Source: Carcharhinus longimanus
Lineage: Eukaryota
Direction of reading: 5' to 3'
NCBI GenBank assembly: GCA_030264375.1
Contig: JASCQW010000132.1
Span: 74,836,985-74,900,984 of the forward strand
Length of the DNA: 64,000 nt
Part shown: piece after piece, positions 26,111 through 39,499 of the stretch
Numbering within the stretch: the first letter of the stretch is position 1
Layout of the letters: every line of letters starts with the position of its first letter
Program-made: the position numbers and the translations under genes
The notes under the pieces: model-generated
Told to the model about the DNA's origin: nothing
Database searches by the model: none
Seen by the model: only the letters and a program-made list of their open reading frames with translations

Positions 26111-26532
26111 TAACCAAGAAGGAAGCTCCATAGAGGTCGGGTTTGAGGAGAGGACAATTTAAACTTTGAAAGAAGTGGGATGGAGCCAAAACACCAGCAG
26201 CAACAATTAATAGCCACTTAAGTGCCTCCACCCTTCACTTTGTCAGGGGCTCAAGGGTGGGAATCGTTCCTGTTCAGGCATGTTGAGAATAACAGAGGCC
26301 TCACAACAAGGCTACCAGCCCCATTCGTTCTCCCTTGTCCTATCAATCCCAGTTTCCAAGCCTTCTCCCTGGGGCCTAACAGCCTGCTCCTGGCAAAAAC
26401 CAACATCTCACCTTCTAATCCACCACCAAACCACTATTGGGGGTAACAGACCTGGTGGCCATGGCAGCTCCCAGAGATGGAACTTCCTCTAAGATGGGGG
26501 CGGTAGTCTACCCTTGGCTTCCCAACAATGTT

Positions 26533-26891
26533 GGCGGGCGACACAGTAGCACAGTGCTGCTTCACAGCTCCAGGGACCTGGATTCGATTCCTGGCTTGGG
26601 TCACTGTCTGTGTGGAGTTTGCACATTCTCCTCATGTCTGCGTGGGTTTTCTCCAGGTGCTCCGGTTTCCTCCCATAGTCCAAAGATGTGCGGGTTAGGT
26701 TGATTGGCCATGATAAATTGACCATTGATGCATAGGTTAGAGAGGAAGCTTACCCTAGAAATCAGCTGCTTCCTCTATGTGATTCGCTGTAAAATATGTA
26801 TGGATTGGGGGTAGGGCCTGGGTGGGATTGTGGTCGGTACAGACTCGATGAGCTGAAGGGCCTCTTTCTGTACTGTAGGGCTTCTATGATT
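26533..26891 (+). mobile_element. HE1 V-SINE carrying a foreign ~49-bp insert (26742-26790)
   Basis: Head, V-domain and CR1-type tail. The insert matches 28599-28651. Confidence 0.9.
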
Positions 26892-27314
26892 TCACCCCAA
26901 TTAAGTTCATGGTGGGAAAACCTGCGGATGGCCTTTCCGACCCAACATGAATTGAAGTATTCAGGTGGGTAATTAACACCCAATTTAAGACCTCATCTCA
27001 CTGCTGTTGGTATTAACTCAACAGTGGGCTTATCATATGAGGTGTGTGACAAGCAAAACCTGATGCACAGGGGTAAGTCCCTCATCCAAAGGCATTCAGT
27101 GTCTGATCAAAGGACCTGGCACCAGCTAAGAGAAACAATACCCAGCGCTTGCTGCTGAGGCCTCTCCTCTGCAATCACTCAAATGCCTGGGCAGTAGCCA
27201 CCACCTCCCTACTGGCATTACTAAGTACAGAGGAGCTGCCAGCCTCTGTTCGGCTGGACCTTCTCAACTGACAGGACTTCTACCACTACTGGGTTTCTTA
27301 ATCCTCGGGGAAAG

Positions 27315-27383
27315 CCCACTGCTTGTAAGTACCCACTGCTTGTAAGTGTTAAGTACCCACTGCTTGTAAATGTTAAGTACCCA
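27315..27383 (+). repeat. Short tandem array, ~24-bp unit (cccactgcttgtaa[g/a]tgttaagta), ~2.9 copies
   Basis: Units visible at 27315 (17 bp), 27332 and 27356. Confidence 0.9.
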
Positions 27384-30053
27384 AATGGCACAGGATGTGG
27401 GGAGCCTTTCCAAAAAGAAGCAACATGTCCATCTTGCTGGCTCTCTAGCCAGCGACTGAGTTCCTTATCCTCTCCAAAAAATGCTGTCCTAATTCCCAAG
27501 AAGGGGAAAAAATACTCGGTGCTATGCAGAAATAATAAAGCTGAATCAGTAGTTCTTCTACATGTACTGGTACTAAATCTAAATCTCCACCATAAGGAAT
27601 GGCAATCAGGTGGTGATTAGCCTGTGCTGACATTGCTTTTCACATGGTTCATTTACTCTGCCCCCGAGTCTTCATGCTGTCAGTTACTGGTGTCATGGCA
27701 TGTTCTAATTCCACAATAAAATTTCCAATGCTAATTATTTAGAAGCAGACCCAGTTCTTTTGTGGCTGCAGATTTTAGATTAAACATTCCTAATCGAAGA
27801 CAATTAGATCTCTTTACATCTTTTGTAAATTAGAGAAAAGGGGGAATAGTATTTAAGTTAATTGTTAAAATAATTACGAAGAAAACAATTTGGTTTACAT
27901 TGTCATGAATGATGTACAAGTCCAATGATCATGTACAAGAATTCAAACATTAAACTTAAAGACCACTTGTTTTCCTTTGTGGGTTAATTTCTTTTTATTA
28001 ACCTCAATGTGTTAAACACATGGTAAGTTTTACTTTCCATTTATTGCAAACCGTCTGTTCAACTTTACTCAGTCATCTTTCTATGAGTTCAGATGTGTTA
28101 CAATTAACACACAATGGAAAAGCCAACTGGAACATATGACCAAAATGTTGCTTAGTCTATCGCTATGCTTCTAAACATGAAATTTAGTGGGCAAAAAACC
28201 TATTATTGCTTTCTAATGGTGCTACGTAGCTTATTTTTTTTTAGTGATTTTTGATCTAAATGGCTCAGATAAAAGTGTGGGTAACTTAGTGCATACAGAC
28301 ATAGCCATAGTAGCAGCAATCCTGTTTTATACTTATCAAATATTGAGACCCATGTTGAAATAATCATCTGTAAGAGTGTTCCTTCTGTTCTTCATGCAGC
28401 TCCTCAATAGCAAAAAACAATACATCAATATCCATGATCAAAGAATATGGCTTGGAGTTTTGCAAAGATGGAAAAGGTCTCCATTATTGCAAAAATGGTG
28501 GAAAAAGCCCAAATCCAGAAGTTCAGTTGCCAAAATTGCCCATTTTCAGTAAGGCTGGGAATGGGCCCAGGTAAGGGTTCATGCATCTATGTGTCATGGA
28601 GGAAGCTTACCCTAGAAATCAGCTGCTTCCTCTACTCATGTGATTCGCTGTCAAAGTTATCTGCAATTCAACATGCACAGATTAGATCTGCTAGGAGCAT
28701 GGCCAAACTTTGTGGATTCATTTGGAAAACCAGGGCACTCTTTGAAAATATTTGGTACATCCTTGATTGGCAAAGGGAGGATAGGGAAGTTGCCCTTTGG
28801 GGAGGTCAAGTGTCTTTTGGTAGAGCCAAGCTGCCTTTTGGATTACTAATAGTAAGCACGGATGAACATGAAAAATGCATAAATTCATTGTAACTATGAA
28901 GTTAATTGGAATCGTCAAAAACAATTGTCACATATCAAGTTGAACTGTCAAGAGAAGCTGTCACAAGCAACTGTCAAAAATGTGAAGGCATTCAAAACTC
29001 CTGCCCTTTAACTGTTTGAAAATCTGCCTGAACTATTAAAAATGATTGCTTGCTATTTCACTCTCTCTGTCCTTAGTCATTACTAGATTCGTGTTGCATG
29101 AATGATTTCACAACTGCCCTTTATCACAGTAGGGTGCCTGGCATTTCACAGTTGACAGACAGCTTCTAGTGACAATGGACTGTTTGAAGTCAGATTATTG
29201 ATTACAATTCTCATTTCTATAAGGGATTATGCAATTGAATGAAACGTTTGCTGTTATAGGGAATAATGTAGTTGGCGGACTGTAAATGTAGTGAGTCGAT
29301 TTTTATGAACGAGGTTAGTCTGCAATAGACACTATTTTATTTAATCTCATCATGAGTCCTGAAGTTTTCCTGTAGTGGATACTGCCCAATTTGGTCCCCG
29401 CACCTTTAATTTTCACCCTGAGGTAAAATCGGCCCTGCTTCTCTTAGCTCCACATGCAGGTTTTGTTTTAAAACCATTACCTTTCCAATGATGACAACTT
29501 GTTGGGCCACAGCTATGATGTAACTGAGTGAATCTGGCCTGGTATTTGTTCTGATCAGGGCAGTCCAGTTTTGGGAAGGAGTCCTTAAACAGGTATTACA
29601 CCTCTCATTAACATATGTAAGAACTTAATACCAGTTTTAGGGTGAAACGTTTCTTACCTGCTCAAATCAAAATTGTTCTGATACTGTTTGTTAGTTCCCT
29701 AAATAGCATTTCTACAGACCCAATTTCCACTCAAGTAGAAATTGTGGGTGATTATATACTCTGTCTGTATTTGAAATATGACAAGAGAATTCACAACTGG
29801 CTAAAATGAACAAAGTTGTTGCTTGGGGAAACCGTAAAAGCCTTTCACTTCTTGAAGCTACCATTATATTTTGAATGACTCTGTCAACAATGATGTTCCA
29901 GCCGTGGCATTACTTTCAACTTGCAAATTTGAAAATTGGACTCAGCAATAAATTGTTGAAATCATTAAGTCAGAAGAAAGTGGCCATTTTACAAAACTGC
30001 ATGAAAGTCATAAAGCTTGAAGAAAGATGACTGTTGACGTAAAGTAGCACTGA

Positions 30054-30372
30054 GGGCAGCACAGTGGGGGGGCAGTACGATGGCACAGTGGTTAGCACTG
30101 CTGCCTCATAACGCCAGGGACATGGGTTTGACTCCTGGCTTGGGTTACTGTCTGTGTGGAGTTTGCATGATCTCCCCATGTCTGTATGGGTTTCCTCTGG
30201 GTGCTCTGGTTTCCTCCCACAGTCCAAAGATGTGCAGGTTAAGTGAATTGGCCATGCTAAATTCTTCCTCAGTATACCCAAACAGGCATTGGAATGTGAC
30301 GACAAGGGCTTTTCACAGTAACTTCATTGCATTGCTGATGTAAGCCTACTTGTGACTAATAAATAAACTTTT
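30054..30372 (+). mobile_element. V-SINE, alternative-tail subfamily (stuttered 5' end)
   Basis: gggcagcacagtgg-gggggcagtacgatggcacagtgg head, V-domain, tail cacagtaacttcattgc..gcctacttgtgactaataaataaac. Confidence 0.92.
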
Positions 30373-30801
30373 GTAGTCTGCAAACAGAACCAAGAGAGTA
30401 AATAAGGATTAACATGAAGTTTATTTAATCGAGGAGACAATAAGATTTGCTCCAGTAAAATGATGAAAAGAAACAAGGAAGGAAAGAACCGCAGGGAATA
30501 AGAGTACTTTATTGCTGGATGTAAAATGGGTAATTGTGAACTGGCAGCCCAATAACGCATACTGGGTCAAGTATTAAAAGAACCACAGGTTTATCATCCA
30601 ATTTTTGCCAGTAATAGAAATTAAAATTACTGCCATAGAGTAAAGGAGGAAAGGCTGACAATGTGTCCTTCTGTAAAGCTGATCTGGTCAACAGCACTCT
30701 ATTCATTAATATGACAGTATTGCCAAATAGTCTTTCCATAAGGAATGAAAGAAATTATCATTTGCATGTGGAAAGAGAATACGTGAGGGAAGAAAGAAAG
30801 A

Positions 30802-30870
30802 TTTAACACTGCAATGAAGTTACTGTGAAATTCTCACAGTCACCACACTCTGGCGTGTGTTCAGGTCAAA
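30802..30870 (-). mobile_element. Alternative V-SINE tail fragment
   Basis: ttaacactgcaatgaagttactgtgaaa is the reverse complement of that tail. Confidence 0.8.
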
Positions 30871-30871
30871 C

Positions 30872-31778
30872 ATTTGCATTTATATAGCACTTTTCATGAC
30901 AACTAGATGTGTCAAAGTGTATTAAAGCCAACAAAGTGCTCTTATAATGTAGGAGAGTTGGCAGCTAATATGCAGTCAACAAACTCCCACAAGCAGCAAT
31001 GTGATAATAACCAGAAAATCTGTTTTTGTGAAGCTGACTGAGAGATAACTATNNNNNNNNNNAACTTCCCTGCTCTTCTTTAAAGTGGAGTCATGGGATC
31101 GATTACTTTCACCCAAGCAGGAACTGGGGTTTGGGCTTATTGTTTCATTCAAAAGATGGCATCTCCAACAGTGCCGCACTCCCTCAGTGGATTGCCAGCT
31201 TTGATTTTTGTGCTCATTCTGGTGCATGGCAGGACGGCTTTGAGTGGAGGCATAAAATAGCATAGCGGCATGGATCAAATTCCCTCTGAGANNNNNNNNN
31301 NNNNNNNNNNNNNNNNNNNNNNNCAGGGTGCTGGCCAAGAAGACCACCCATGCTCCAATTAAATTCCTTAAGTGTCCACTTACGGCCCCAGTGAAGTCGG
31401 CTCCCACTGTGGGTTCCCCAATCGCCGCGATAGAAGCAATGAATGTAAAATGCCATTGACTTCAGCGGTACAGGGAAAACCTGCTGCCAGTGAGAGCTGG
31501 GGCTGGTGAATTCCGCCTTTGGTCTCAGGCGCAGTGCTGCAGTACCTCTTCTGGCCACTGCCAGTGCTGTGCCTCGAAGAGCTGGAGAGCAGCTGACCAA
31601 GGGCAGACACAAGTCCCACCTGTTGCCAATAAATGCTCATTACAGCGTGAAAAGGTAGTAGGGCTATCAGAGTTGGTGGGATGATGGGTGTCATCCTGAA
31701 AATTCAGGCCCTGGAGAAGGTACTTGAAGCTGGAACCTTGTGACTCAGAGGCAAGAGTGCTACCAATTGAGCCACTGG
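30872..31778 (-). mobile_element. Deu-domain SINE (SacSINE1-like), split by a Harbinger-like MITE at ~31217-31711
   Basis: Tail ttgcatttatatagcac, Deu-like core catgggatc..aagatggcatctccaacagtgccgcactccctcagt, and head gactcagaggcaagagtgctaccaattgagccact. The insert ends in gaaaattcaggccc. Confidence 0.8.
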
Positions 31779-33947
31779 AGCAAAGTTATCTTTTTCTTCA
31801 TAGAAACTCTGCCAAATCAATCCTTTACAAGTCTGATGTCTNNNNNNNNNNNNNNNNNNNNNNNNNNNNNNNNNNNNNNNNNNNNNNNNNNNNNNNNNGG
31901 GGGGGTGGAGAGAGAATGTGTGTGTTGTGTGTGTATATTTGTGTAGATATGAGACTCATACTCACCAAGTAGGAAATTATGTCGGAAAGATAAATGCAAA
32001 TAAATTGGTAACATAGTTACCCAAAGTTCTTTCTCATGGTTCCATACATAAAATATACTGAGAGCTTAGTGGTTAGGACTGCAAGCTGCACCTTAATTAT
32101 ATGGATGTGATTGGAAGAAGCAAGGTTCCTGACAATTGTGTACCTTCTTCTAAACTGGAAGCTTAACTGTTTGTTGATGAAGAACATATACAACATAACA
32201 ATCAGCATCAAATATTGTCATGATTGTCATTAAACAGCCCATTCCAAGCTGGCATCCTACCTTGAACACAGAATTTCAGCTCTTTGGCATCTATAACTGT
32301 TGGTCGTTTATCCGGCACCTTTTTACTGGCTCGATGATAACTTCGTCTTTTTTTGCTCTCTCCCCAAAGATTTGATCCACCATGTATGCTTGGTATGTTC
32401 AAAACAGCTATTCCTTCCAATGGCATATTGCTCAAATCCAGCAGGATTCCATTGCACTGGAAAGGTGAGTCAAAAATATAAAATAAATCACTCTATTTGA
32501 TTTAAGTTGAACTATTATTTGCCATTTTAATGACAAAAATGCCAAGATAGACTTGCCAATAACCATGCAGATGACAGCCAAGAGGCTGATGAACAATGTA
32601 GCCTTCCCAAGCCTTATTTGCTTAGGCAACTTTAGTTCCATTCCTGGACAGCTTTGTCTGCAAGTGATTATTGATACAATCTAAGAATGTTTGCATTTGA
32701 GCTTAAATCCTAATTAAGTAATTTATTGGTCCATGGCTGTTGTCGATATTGCAAATGATGCACCATTCTAATGCAACATCATGCAATAGGACACAGGTTA
32801 ATACAGTGGGGACACTGGTCTTGGGTGTTGTGCAAAATGGGTGATAGTGTGTTGACAGCCCATTGATTTGAATTGAAAAGCAAGTCAAACATAGGAATAC
32901 CTGACCAGCTGGCGATTTATAATCACTTGTTTTACACTGCTACATAGGACCAATTTCACCCCTACAATTCCTAAAGCATCAATTTCAGTTAAGTTTCAGC
33001 AGAGATGTCTAGGTACAAGACTTCCTCTGTCTTGAACTGCAGCAAAACTGCTAACTCATTTACAAAGAATATGCTCACAATTTCACTACAGGTAGCACTT
33101 ACCATTGGATCCAGTGATACTATATTGTAATCCTCACACTATGTAAAGTTAAATATGCTAGTTATGAACAGGTGTTTTTCTCTGTACTTAGAAATATGAG
33201 GCAAGGAAGTATAATCCTTAAAATTCTAAAGACGAAAAGGGACATCAAAAATCAAGATTATATTTATTTGTGTTTGTTCATAAAGGGAGACAATAGGAGG
33301 AGAATCTTCCAAAATGTAGGGACTAAAGAATTGCAATGAAAGAATCAGCTTCAAAGGACATCAAGGACTGGCTTTGACTCTTTACTGACCCTGAAGCACA
33401 GCACTGAAATGGAGAAGCCTGCAGGTGGTTGATCCAAGCATACATTGTTTAAAATTGTTTCAAGGCTGAGTGCAAGCTCAGGAGCCCAACACACCCAACA
33501 AGCATGGGTCAACACTTTGTCTTCAAACAAACAGCAGTGCAACCATGAATTTCAGCAACTTCTGAAAACTGAACTTAAACTTTAACATTTTTAAACCGTA
33601 GAGCAGAAATCCACTGCTCCAGATAAATTTGGGTTCATCCCAGACACAGATCAGCCAGAGATTTGTAGAAAGAGATTCCTTAGATACATGACTGTTTCAG
33701 GTTTGGATAAGAAGAGAGAAGCTCAACAAGTTAACACACTGCTTTACTTAGTAGGCCCAATAGCGGACAATATTATTACTAGTTGAGGAATCAACAAATG
33801 ATTTGCTAAATTTGAAGAAACACTAAAATTGATTGGTGTTTATTTTAAGCTAGGAAATAACAAAATCAGCAGCAGTCAGGAGAACCTGTCTACTCATTCA
33901 TTAATGAGCTGTACAAGATGGCTAAAGAGTGTGAATATGGAGACCTA

Positions 33948-34066
33948 GGCCGGAATTTTACCTGCCTTGAGAATTGGAGCAGGCAGGTGGCAAACCATGG
34001 AAAGGTCAATTGACCTAAGGTGGGATTTTACAGTTTTGGGACAAGAGAGGACATAAAATTCCACTC
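33948..34066. mobile_element. 119-bp MITE (PIF/Harbinger-like) with CTA target-site duplication
   Basis: TIRs GGCCGGAATTTTA / TAAAATTCCACTC, with CTA on both sides. Removing it restores gag YGDL-KSELIR. Confidence 0.85.
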
Positions 34067-35139
34067 CTAAAATCTGAACTTATCAGGGCTAGAACTTTTG
34101 TAGGAGTAGCAAGCAAAATGTTCTCAGACATGCTGCAAAGGAAGATATAACCCTCCAGAAAATGATCCAAATTGTTAGGAAATCTGAATTCCATGTGTAG
34201 CACAGGTATATTTTAATTTTGAGAAAGTAAACTCCACAGTCCAGTTAGTTAAACAGCACAGAAACAGAGGCCAAGTGCGGCAGTGCCATGATCGACCAGT
34301 GGAGTGACCATGGCAGTGCATGGAGCAAAGCTCCCTAGAGGTGAGATCACTGTCCTATAATTTCAGCCTAATGTTTTCAATTGAACAGAATTGGACACTG
34401 TGACAAACTATGTAAGAGCAAAAAAGCCTCAGTGCATTGAAGATCCAAAGATGATTCATGGGGTCAAGATTGCACTCATCAGTACTTCTTGGGATGAGGT
34501 CAAAGATCTTGGATTTCAATTTTGGAACATGAACATTTTGGTTAACAGCTTTCTCTTAAACAATAAATTGGATACAGGGGCCAGTGTAATGGGCCTATTG
34601 GATGAAGAACCATGGCTGTTGACCCAAAGGCTGAAGCAATCCATGATACACTTGCATGGAGCAGAATATATAAAGATCCTGGTGAAAGACACTCTGCAAA
34701 TGATGCTGCAGTACACTGGGGCAACCTATGTATTCCAAGTGCAGGGCACGGACCCAATCCAGTCTCTGGTGGCCAGGCATTTCCAGGGCGATTGAGGACA
34801 CTGTAGTAAACTATCAGATGTGTGTGCTGCATGGACCAAAGAGAGCCCCTAAACTCCACATAGTTCCCTACCAGACCATAGTAGAATCTGGGCATCAACC
34901 TATTTGTCCTTAACAGCAAATTATTTCTTATAGTGGCGGATGACTTTTCCAGATGGGTTGAGGAGAAGCAATTATATATGACTATCACTGTAATTAAGGA
35001 AATAAAAGATGTTCATGAGTCATGGCATCCTGGATGAGATGGTGTCTGATTAAAGGCCCACAGTTTCCACATGAGTACTTCACATACTTGGCCACCACAT
35101 TTAGTTTCCGCCACTATACCAGCTCCTTGAGATACCCTA

Positions 35140-36960
35140 GAGGAGTATAATATGTGCAAACTTTAAAAAAGAGATTAGGAGAGCAAAGAGGGGCAATAAA
35201 AGAATACTGGCAGGTAAAGTAAAGGAAAAAAAAATCCTAAGTTGTTTTGCAAGTACATCAAGGGCAAAAGGATAACTAGAGAAAGAATGGGGCCCATTAG
35301 AGACCAGAGTGGTAATTTGTTTGTGGAGTTGGGGGTGTAGGTAGCATTCTAAATGAATACTTTGTGTCAGTGCTCACTAATGAGAGAGGCAAGATGGGCA
35401 GAGAAATCAGAGAGAAGGGCTGTAATAATGTTGAAGAAATTGATATAGGTAAGAGGAGGTTCTAAGTTGTCTGGAAGATGTAAAAGTAGATAAATCTCTA
35501 GGGCGAATGAAATGTATTCCAGGTTGTTGGGTGAGAAAACAGCAGGGGTGCTGGCAATAATTTTCAATTACTCTCTGGCCACAGGAGAGATGCCAAAGGA
35601 CTGGGGAACAGCTAATGTGCACCATTATTCAAAACATGAGAAAGGGATAAACTAGGGGACTACAAGCCAGTCTGTCTAACCTTAGAAGTGGGGAAGTTAT
35701 TGGAAGCAATTCTCAGAAACAGAATTAATCTGCATTTGGAAAGACAGGAATTAATCAAGAATAGTCAGCATGGTTTTAGGGAGGGATCATGTCTGACCAA
35801 CTCAATTTAATTTTTTGAAGAGGTGATCAGGTGTATAGATGAGGACAATGCAATTGATATAGCCTTTTTGAACTTTGGTGAGGCTTTTGATAAGGTCCCA
35901 CATGGAAGATTGATAGCAAAGGTAAAAACCCATGGGATCCATGGAAATTTGGCAAATTGGATGCAGAATTGACTCAGTGGCAGGAATCAGAGGTAATGGT
36001 CAAGGGGTGGTTCTCTGATTGGAAACCTGTGTCCAGTGGGGTCCTGCAGGATCAATGTTGGGGCCCTTACTGTTTGTGGTTTATATAAATGATTTAGACT
36101 TGAATGTAGGAGGGTTGATTAGTAATTTTGTGGATGATACAAAAATTGGTGGGGTGGTAAATAGTGAGGAGCATACCTTAGATTACAGGAGGATCAGTGA
36201 CAAGTGGAATTCAATCCAGATAAGAGTGAGGTGATGCACTTGGGTAGGACAAACAAGGCAAGGGAATACATAATGAATGACAAGACTCCGGGAAGCACTG
36301 AGAATTAGCAGGACTGTAATGTGCATGTACACCAGTCCGTTAAGGTAGTAGGACAGGTGAACAAAGTGGTTAAGAAGGCATATAGTATACTTGCCTTTAT
36401 TAGTTGAGACACAGAGTTAAGAGCAGGGAGATAATGTTGGTTCGGCCACAGCCAGAGTATGTGCCATTCTGGAATCCACAGTATAGGTAGGATGTGATTA
36501 TTTTCCTTGTGTTATCAGGATGTTCATGGGCTGGAGAGATTGGATAGACTGGGGTTGTTTTCTTTGGAGCAGAGAATGAGAGGGGACACGATTGAGATGT
36601 ATGAAATTATGAGTGGCATAAATAGACAGGAAAATAGATTTCCCTTTGGTGGAGAGATCAATGACCAAGGACATAGGTTTAGATAACGGTCAGGAGGTTC
36701 ACAAGGGATGTGAGGAAGAACTTGTTCATCCAAAGGGTGGTGGGAATCTGGAACTCACTGCCTGAAAGGGTGGTGGAGACAGAGATGCTGTTAACATTTA
36801 GAAGTATTTAGAAGTGCACTTGCAATGCCAAGGCATACAAGGCTATGGGCCAAATGCTGGAAAATGGGATTAAAATAATTGGGTGGTTTGTATTTGATTG
36901 ATGAAGACATGATGGGCTGAAAGGCCTTTTTCTGTGCTGTAGACCTCTATGACTATGACT
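35140..36960 (+). mobile_element. CR1 LINE, 5'-truncated, RT region decayed
   Basis: SQHGF, AFDKVPH, GSMLGPLLFVVYINDLD..FVDDTK (RT), the C-terminal GLFSLEQR motif, and an (ctatga)n tail. Confidence 0.95.
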
Positions 36961-38759
36961 TGCCATAACCATGAGAGGATAACAAGGTTTGGATTAAAGA
37001 TTAAACATTTTGACAGAGAGACAGATAGAGAGTAATATCATCAGGAAGGGCAATAACCAGTACTGGTCCTAACTGGTTGGCATCCCAGAGAATGCAGTCA
37101 GGAGAAATAGGAAGAGTCTCCTCTTCAACTCTAGACTGCCCATTCCCACAGAGCAGTGGAGAGACATTAAGGAGGATACTCAGGTGCCAGAACCACCTTT
37201 AATATCAACAATTTACCTGCAGCAACAAAGCTACTACTCCTCTGATGTTTGTGCAAACAGGATATGGAAAGGTTACAAGGCTTACTGCTTGAATCTAGGA
37301 ACTCAGTATGTTGGGGGTGGAGGAGGAAGATGGGTTGCAATAACAAAGTAAATGTAAGGGGTAAATTAGAATAACTTGAAATACATTGGATAAAGGCTTG
37401 GGGGGGAGGCACATTAATGTGGGACCGAGTACAGTACACATTGATGGAAGGTAAAACATGACCTGCAGCTAGGGATCAGTTTGATGTTGGACGGAGCATG
37501 TGCACAGGCAAACATGGAGATAGCTCCTAGCTTGAACCTTTTACTGTTTATGTGTACATAGTTCTTGTAGTTAATAAATACATACAGTTGACCTACTTAA
37601 GACTATGAAGACTTCAGTAAGACCAATTGAAAAGTATTCAATACCCTGCAGCAATATAGTCTTTGTGGATCTGCAAGAGTGAGGTAATTTATATATTTGT
37701 AGGCAGCAACCACAATTTGCAATGATTTGGTTCTGAAGAAAGTTGACTCCAAAGCTGCTCTATTAGACGACGCAAAGGCCCTCTCCAGGCCGAGGCTGAA
37801 AACAAGTCAAGAAATCTTTGGTTCCAGAGGGAACATGTCAGTGTAGATTTTAAGATGATCGATATGTTTTACCTTTGTACATGCAAAGTCTGGGGCCTTT
37901 TCTGGGAACTGGAACCTACGTCAGCTCTCATGTGCCAAATGTTCAGGGGCATTTTGGAACGTCACACGGCACCCAGGAAGGGACTGTTTCCTTTTGGAAA
38001 TGATTTTGCTCCGACTGTCTTGCCACCACCCTCACGAGATCCATGGGAGTTGTATAATCAAAAATTCTCAACTCTAGATCTCTTGGAAGTATGATACACT
38101 GCAATTGTTCCTGAATTAATTCATTCATTTCTGAATCTCTATAACTGTAATTAAAGTTAACATGCTGTGTTTAATCTTTAAGTGAAGGGTAATCCTGCTA
38201 AATAGAAGATCCACAGGGGTTTTTAAATTTGCTTTACTTTACAGCTGAGGAGCTGAGGCCAGCTGTAGCTCAGAGGGACAGGTGCAGGGAATAGCATTTC
38301 ACAATCAATAATACCACACTCAATGGGGTGATGCTGCAAGAATGATAAAACAAAGAAAAAATGATTTGATTTTTCCAATGCTCACTTAGCGGAAAGTAGT
38401 TTTGAAATTTCTAATGGGGAGTCAACCTTTCTCTAAAATATGTGACTGTATAATTCAGTTACTGCTACAAACTTACACTTTTGTGAGTATCCATACTTTA
38501 ACGAGACTTCTTAAATGAAAAGGAATTTGACCAGAAGCTGATATCTTGAACTGATCTTTTTGTTTTCAGATAGCCCAACTGGTCTCGAACCTACCCAACA
38601 TTCATTTCAATTTTAATAGGATGATTATCCATTGGGTTCTATGTTCAGCATCTGACCCAACAGAGGAAAGGATAATTTAATCCATTATTTTCACTCTACT
38701 TGACTTTGTTTTATTCTTTAGTTCTCTTCCTACTCCCAGTGGCATACAAGGCAGGCAAA

Positions 38760-39030
38760 GCATATGCTTACATCTGATTCCATGGCTAGTTTTTCCTGGG
38801 ACAGGTTGCCAGCAAGAGGTTACTGCTTGAGAGGCATCACTCCATCCCAGCATGGCTAACCAGAAGACCCTCCCATTCTTAATACCTGCCATAGGCATAT
38901 TGGAAGGATTAATAGGGTGATGATCAGTATGTTTGGTCACCTTCTTTGGCCATCAAGTACCAGAGCAGGACCTAAACCCAGAGCTTCTGGTTCAGAGGCA
39001 GAGATCACTACCCATTGCCCCATTAGACCA
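38760..39030 (-). mobile_element. Fourth tRNA-headed SINE family (unassigned)
   Basis: Minus-strand head ggtctaatggggcaatgggtagtg..ctctgaaccagaagctctgggtttaggtcc. The body differs from the other three SINEs. Confidence 0.6.
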
Positions 39031-39499
39031 TTTGTATAATGGATTAGTGAGGCTACATTTCAAGTTTTGTTTACATTTTTGAACATTCTATCTTGAATGG
39101 AACAATAAAACATTTGAAAGGAATTAAACAAGCATGAAGGACTTGGCAACATAGTGTGGAGAAACAGTTATTCTTTTTATTGATTAAAAGAAAATGAGGG
39201 TGGAGGCATGATTCAATTGTTTAAATACTCAGAGACATAGATATTGTTGGTGTTGCCATGATTGCTCTTCTCTCTTTCTGCAAAACTGCTGATATCAAAA
39301 CCCCAGATCTGAAACATCAGCACCTTGAAGCTTACCTTTTTTTTTAATGCTCTAATTGCTAACCTGTCAACATAGCTGCTCGTAAATTACAATTCACATA
39401 ATATGCCCAGTCTTTTCTCTAGTTCCAGAATCCAAATCTACTCAGCCCTTCCAAATATCATTGGCTATGTTTCCAGTAAAATTACTTTAGAATTCCCAT

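Larger units (their letters stand above)
33400..37645 (+). mobile_element. Gypsy-type LTR retrotransposon relic: gag-protease-integrase (no RT/RNase H), PPT and 3' LTR; interrupted by a MITE and a CR1
   Basis: Gag RKRFLRY..SGLDKK..QVNTLLY and FINELYKMAKECEYGDL; protease KLDTGAS (~34565); integrase KCRAR..WWPGI..C, LIVADDFSRW, HGILDEMVSD. PPT ttggggggggagg ~37398, then an LTR-like block with AATAAA. Confidence 0.85.

Noticed and set aside
27315-27383. CRISPR-like direct repeats
   Set aside because: The units are contiguous with no unique spacers, the context is eukaryotic and there are no cas genes. This is a slippage duplication.
38570-38620. Acceptor-like tttttgttttcag
   Set aside because: There is a stop within 16 codons in phase 1, no Cys pattern and no good donor.
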